Positions 56,300 through 64,000 of a stretch of DNA of 64,000 nucleotides are shown here, piece by piece (position 1 is the stretch's first letter; every line of letters begins with the position of its first letter). The notes under the pieces are model-generated. The model saw nothing but the letters and a program-made list of their open reading frames with translations, ran no database searches and was not told where the DNA came from. The stretch covers positions 704,001-768,000 of the forward strand of contig CAWHXD010000008.1 of assembly GCA_963833225.1 (NCBI GenBank). Direction: 5' to 3'. A program made the translations under genes and the position numbers. Source of the DNA: an uncultured Chloroflexia bacterium (lineage in GTDB: Bacteria > Chloroflexota > Limnocylindria > Limnocylindrales > CSP1-4).

Positions 56300-56478
56300 G
56301 GTGATCCATTCTCCTATGGTGGATTCTGCCCCTGGAATCACGAACGGCCGCGGTGCACGCAGCCGGGCCGTCTGGGAGAGGGAATGGATCGGGGATGGAT
56401 GGCCGGCGGTCCGCTCCTTCGCTTGCGACGAGGTCCTGGTGCGTTGCTCTTCAACTGTCCGTGCCCATGGGCGGTGCG

Positions 56479-56508
56479 AGTCTAGCACCCCGATCACGCG
56501 CGTACAAT
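56479..56508. promoter_or_regulatory. Overlapping divergent promoters for rpsA (-) and fpg/nei (+)
   Basis: Minus strand: TTGTAC-N17-TAGACT with TG extension. Plus strand: TACAAT (56503-56508), 8 nt before the fpg GTG. Confidence 0.65.
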
Positions 56509-56516
56509 CGGGCCCC

Positions 56517-57401
56517 GTGCCCGAGCTGCCCGATCTCGATGTCGTCGCCGACGCGCTCCACGCGGCCCTTGTGGGACGGAGCGTGACCTCGGTCCGCGCT
56601 TTGATGCCGCTTGCCGTCCGGGGGACCCCTGCCGAGCTCGAGGCCCTCACGGGCCAGCGGGTCGCGCGCGTCGCGCGCGCGGGCAAGTTTCTCGACCTCG
56701 ATCTCGGTCGGGACCGGCTGGTGGTGAACCCGATGCTGACCGGTCGGTTCCAGCTGGCCGGGCACGGAGAGAAGGCCCCGTCAGGAACCGCTCTTGAGCT
56801 TGCGTTGGGGCCAGCCGAGGAGCGACCCGTCCGTGCGCCCAGGCGGGCAGCGTGGACGAGAGGCGCTCCATGGCTGCCACCCGCCGGCATGCCGGTCATC
56901 GTGCGGTATCGGGATCCGACCCAGATGGGCAAGGTGTACGTGCTGCCCGCGGGGATCGAACGACCCGTCCCGGGACGCGGTCCCGGCGAGATGGGACCCG
57001 ACGCCCTGTCCGAAGCGCTCACGCTCGACGTGTGGCGCGATCGGATCCGGAAGCACCCGGGTGAGCTCAAGAATCTCCTCCGCAACCAGGCGTTCGTCGC
57101 GGGGATCGGGAACGCCTACTCCGACGAGATCCTGTTCGAGGCTCGCCTTCAGCCGTTCCGCAAGCGGTCCTCGCTCGCGGACGAGGAGATCGACGAGCTG
57201 TATCGCGCCATGCGCTCAACGCTCAAGGCGTCCGTCGTGCTGCTCCGCGAGCGGGTCCCGCCCACCTTCGAGAAGCAGGTCCGCGACCACCTGTCGGTCC
57301 ACAACCGGGGTGGCCAGGCCTGTCCGCGCTGTGGAGCCCGGATCACGGAGGTCAGGGCGGGCGGCGTTCCCACCAGCTACTGCCGCGGCTGCCAGCGCTG
57401 A
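56517..57401 (+). CDS. Fpg/Nei-family DNA glycosylase/AP lyase
   Basis: N-terminal PELPD, R.GK, H2TH AGIGNAYSDE, C-terminal CPRC...CRGCQ zinc finger. Confidence 0.95.
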   Translation: MPELPDLDVVADALHAALVGRSVTSVRALMPLAVRGTPAELEALTGQRVARVARAGKFLDLDLGRDRLVVNPMLTGRFQLAGHGEKAPSGTALELALGPAEERPVRAPRRAAWTRGAPWLPPAGMPVIVRYRDPTQMGKVYVLPAGIERPVPGRGPGEMGPDALSEALTLDVWRDRIRKHPGELKNLLRNQAFVAGIGNAYSDEILFEARLQPFRKRSSLADEEIDELYRAMRSTLKASVVLLRERVPPTFEKQVRDHLSVHNRGGQACPRCGARITEVRAGGVPTSYCRGCQR

Positions 57402-57416
57402 CGCCAGGCGGCGGCG

Positions 57417-58223
57417 TCAGGGGATGACGAGCACCTGGCCGACGCGGATCAGGTTCGACGTCAGCCCGTTCGCCTTCTTGAGGTTCTTCACCGTCGTCCC
57501 ATAGGCGGCGGCGATCGAGCTCAGGGTGTCGCCATGCTTGACCGTGTAGCTCGTGGGCGAGGCCGTCGGCTTGACCCTGGGGGTCGGTGTCGGCGCGGGC
57601 GTCGCGGGCGCTGAAGGCGGCGGCGTCGCGGGGATCGCGGTCGGAGACCCGGTCGGGGACGCGGTGGCGTCCACCGAGGAGCCGGTGATCGACGCAGGGG
57701 GACCCGACGGCGCGGTCCCGCTACCGGGTGCCGCCGACGCTCCAGGCCCACCTTGCGGGGGCACGGCCTGGGAGATCACGAGGACGCCGAAGGCCAGCAC
57801 CATCAGCCCGACGAGCAACCCCTGGCCAGCGCGGGTGCGACCTCCGAAGATGGCAGGCGCCCGGCCACGCGCAGGGTCGAGCGCGATCAGTGGCCCGATC
57901 GTCGGCGGCCAAAGGCCCGCATCGCCGGCGGGGACCGCCGGAGCTGCGGCCTCGAGCTCCCTGGCGGCCAGGAACGTCGCGCACGAGGCATGGCCCGCGC
58001 GCAGGCACAGGTCCCGCTGCTTGGCGAGGGCGAGCGCCACGGGCGGCTCGGTGGCGGCGCACCGATGATCTCTCGTCGGGTGCGCGCTCCGCCAGCCACC
58101 ACCCTCCGCGACGAGGTACGGGCACAGGGCGCGCACGGTGCCGCGGGCCGGCGTCGGTCCATCCGCGACAGGCGAGGTGGCCGGCAGATCAGGGGGCCCG
58201 GGTGCTTCACCGGTATCAGTCAT
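57417..58223 (-). CDS. Membrane-anchored LysM protein with N-terminal Cys/His cluster
   Basis: C-terminal Lys[14 protein letters not shown]...[12 protein letters not shown], Pro/Thr/Ser linker, single TM helix. Confidence 0.85.
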   Translation of the reverse strand: MTDTGEAPGPPDLPATSPVADGPTPARGTVRALCPYLVAEGGGWRSAHPTRDHRCAATEPPVALALAKQRDLCLRAGHASCATFLAARELEAAAPAVPAGDAGLWPPTIGPLIALDPARGRAPAIFGGRTRAGQGLLVGLMVLAFGVLVISQAVPPQGGPGASAAPGSGTAPSGPPASITGSSVDATASPTGSPTAIPATPPPSAPATPAPTPTPRVKPTASPTSYTVKHGDTLSSIAAAYGTTVKNLKKANGLTSNLIRVGQVLVIP

Positions 58224-58354
58224 CGGACCGAGCATACCGCTCGGAACCGGCATCCAGCATGGCTGGCGCCCCCACGCGCGAGCAGCGAACCCATTGGGCG
58301 GAGTGCCGACTGAGCTGGTCGCGAGTCCGCGCCGTCCCCCTTTAAATGCAGCAA

Positions 58355-58472
<118 letters not shown>

Positions 58473-58608
58473 TCGTATGCATCTGGTAGATGACGGCAGC
58501 GACGGTCGTCGCGTTCGCAACGCCGGCGCCAGTCGATCGAATGGATCACGTTTCGCTCAGGAGATCCCGACCTCCCGGCACGCTGACCCCTGGTCAGGTG
58601 CTGGATTA

Positions 58609-61661
<3,053 letters not shown>

Positions 61662-61805
61662 CCGCCAGCATCTGACCAGGTGGCCAGTGCGGGACGGGAT
61701 CGTGATCGGGGTTCTCCTTGATCATTTCACGGCGAAATCGTGATCACCGGACCGTCGACCTTGCGGTCTCCGGCCCTTCGATCTTCTTTACTGCCGTCAT
61801 CTATC

Positions 61806-61821
61806 CAGTTGTTAAGGTGCA
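61806..61821 (-). promoter_or_regulatory. BoxA-like antitermination element in the ITS
   Basis: TGCACCTTAACAACTG resembles the rrn boxA, upstream of 23S. Confidence 0.6.
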
Positions 61822-62063
61822 CCGCCGAAGCGGTTCGCCATCCAGGAAGCCTGGCTTCCCGGCGGCCCAGCGGTCCGCTGGTCGGTGGGCTCTTGGATGA
61901 GCACACGGATCAGGGGATCTGTGATCCTTGGGATCCGGACACGAGACGACGGCTCGAGGACCTGCCTGCGAACCGTCGGTTTGATCGCGGTGTTGGATCC
62001 AATCTCTCGGGTGGTCCCGAGCTATTCACTTGAAGTGGCCGTAGAGCGAGCCGGCCGGAAGGG

Positions 62064-62139
62064 TGGTGGAGACGAGGAGACTCGAACTCCTGACCCTCTC
62101 CTTGCAAAGGAGATGCTCTTCCAGCTGAGCTACGTCCCC
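62064..62139 (-). tRNA. tRNA-Ala(TGC)
   Basis: Anticodon TGC, G3.U70 pair, encoded CCA, ITS location. Confidence 0.98.
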
Positions 62140-62161
62140 GTGCTCACGGACGATGCAGTGA

Positions 62162-62238
62162 TGGTGGGCGTTTCTGGACTCGAACCAGAGGCCTCTGCCT
62201 TATCAGGGCAGTGCTCTAACCAACTGAGCTAAACGCCC
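62162..62238 (-). tRNA. tRNA-Ile(GAT)
   Basis: Anticodon loop CTGATAA, encoded CCA, ITS location. Confidence 0.98.
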
Positions 62239-62472
62239 TCCGAGCACCGGCCTCACCGGAAGCCCGGCGGGCGGCTGCACCGATAACCCTTGAAGAGTGG
62301 TAGGAACAGGGCCGTTTGATCGTGCCCGGTTACGGTGTCTCACCATGTCGCTGATCGATCTCCGGCTTGCGCCGGCGTTCCTCACATGGCTAGAGGAACG
62401 AACGATCGGGCGATCAACCTGGGAGCCATCAACGCCCGGACCTCACCGTAAGGGTCCGAACTCGGATCTCCC

Positions 62473-63967
<1,495 letters not shown>

Positions 63968-64000
63968 AACTCGATGTTGCCATCGAGTCAAATCTCAAGA

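Overview
Core housekeeping region of a very GC-rich bacterium. The 16S signatures, RpoC insertion pattern and gene order suggest Chloroflexota (possibly Limnocylindria/Ellin6529); this is inferred, not searched. Every gene except fpg/nei lies on the minus strand. In transcription order: rRNA operon (16S, tRNA-Ile, tRNA-Ala, 23S, 5S); a Cys/His-cluster-TM-LysM protein; fpg/nei (plus strand); rpsA; clpC-radA-PIN/TRAM-ispDF-cysS-rlmB; a ~35 kb transcription/translation supercluster (2 tRNA-Thr, tuf, rpmG, tRNA-Trp, secE, nusG, rplKAJL, rpoBC, str, S10, spc, adk-map-infA, alpha, truA, rplM, rpsI); then argF, a TPR protein, cdaA-cdaR-glmM-glmS, acpS and a truncated nnrD. I found no mobile element, CRISPR array or defence island, and I cannot claim a clearly new multi-gene system. 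The most notable signals sit inside core genes: a 12x30-bp repeat with a 1-nt frameshift in the rlmB N-terminus, repeat-built acidic arms on S1, an ~85-nt H54a-like 23S expansion, natural substitutions at antibiotic-target positions (RpoB H526S, S12 G->S, 23S A2057-U2611), and an apparently leaderless gene for a Cys/His-TM-LysM membrane protein. Single-base indels inside the repeats may be assembly errors.
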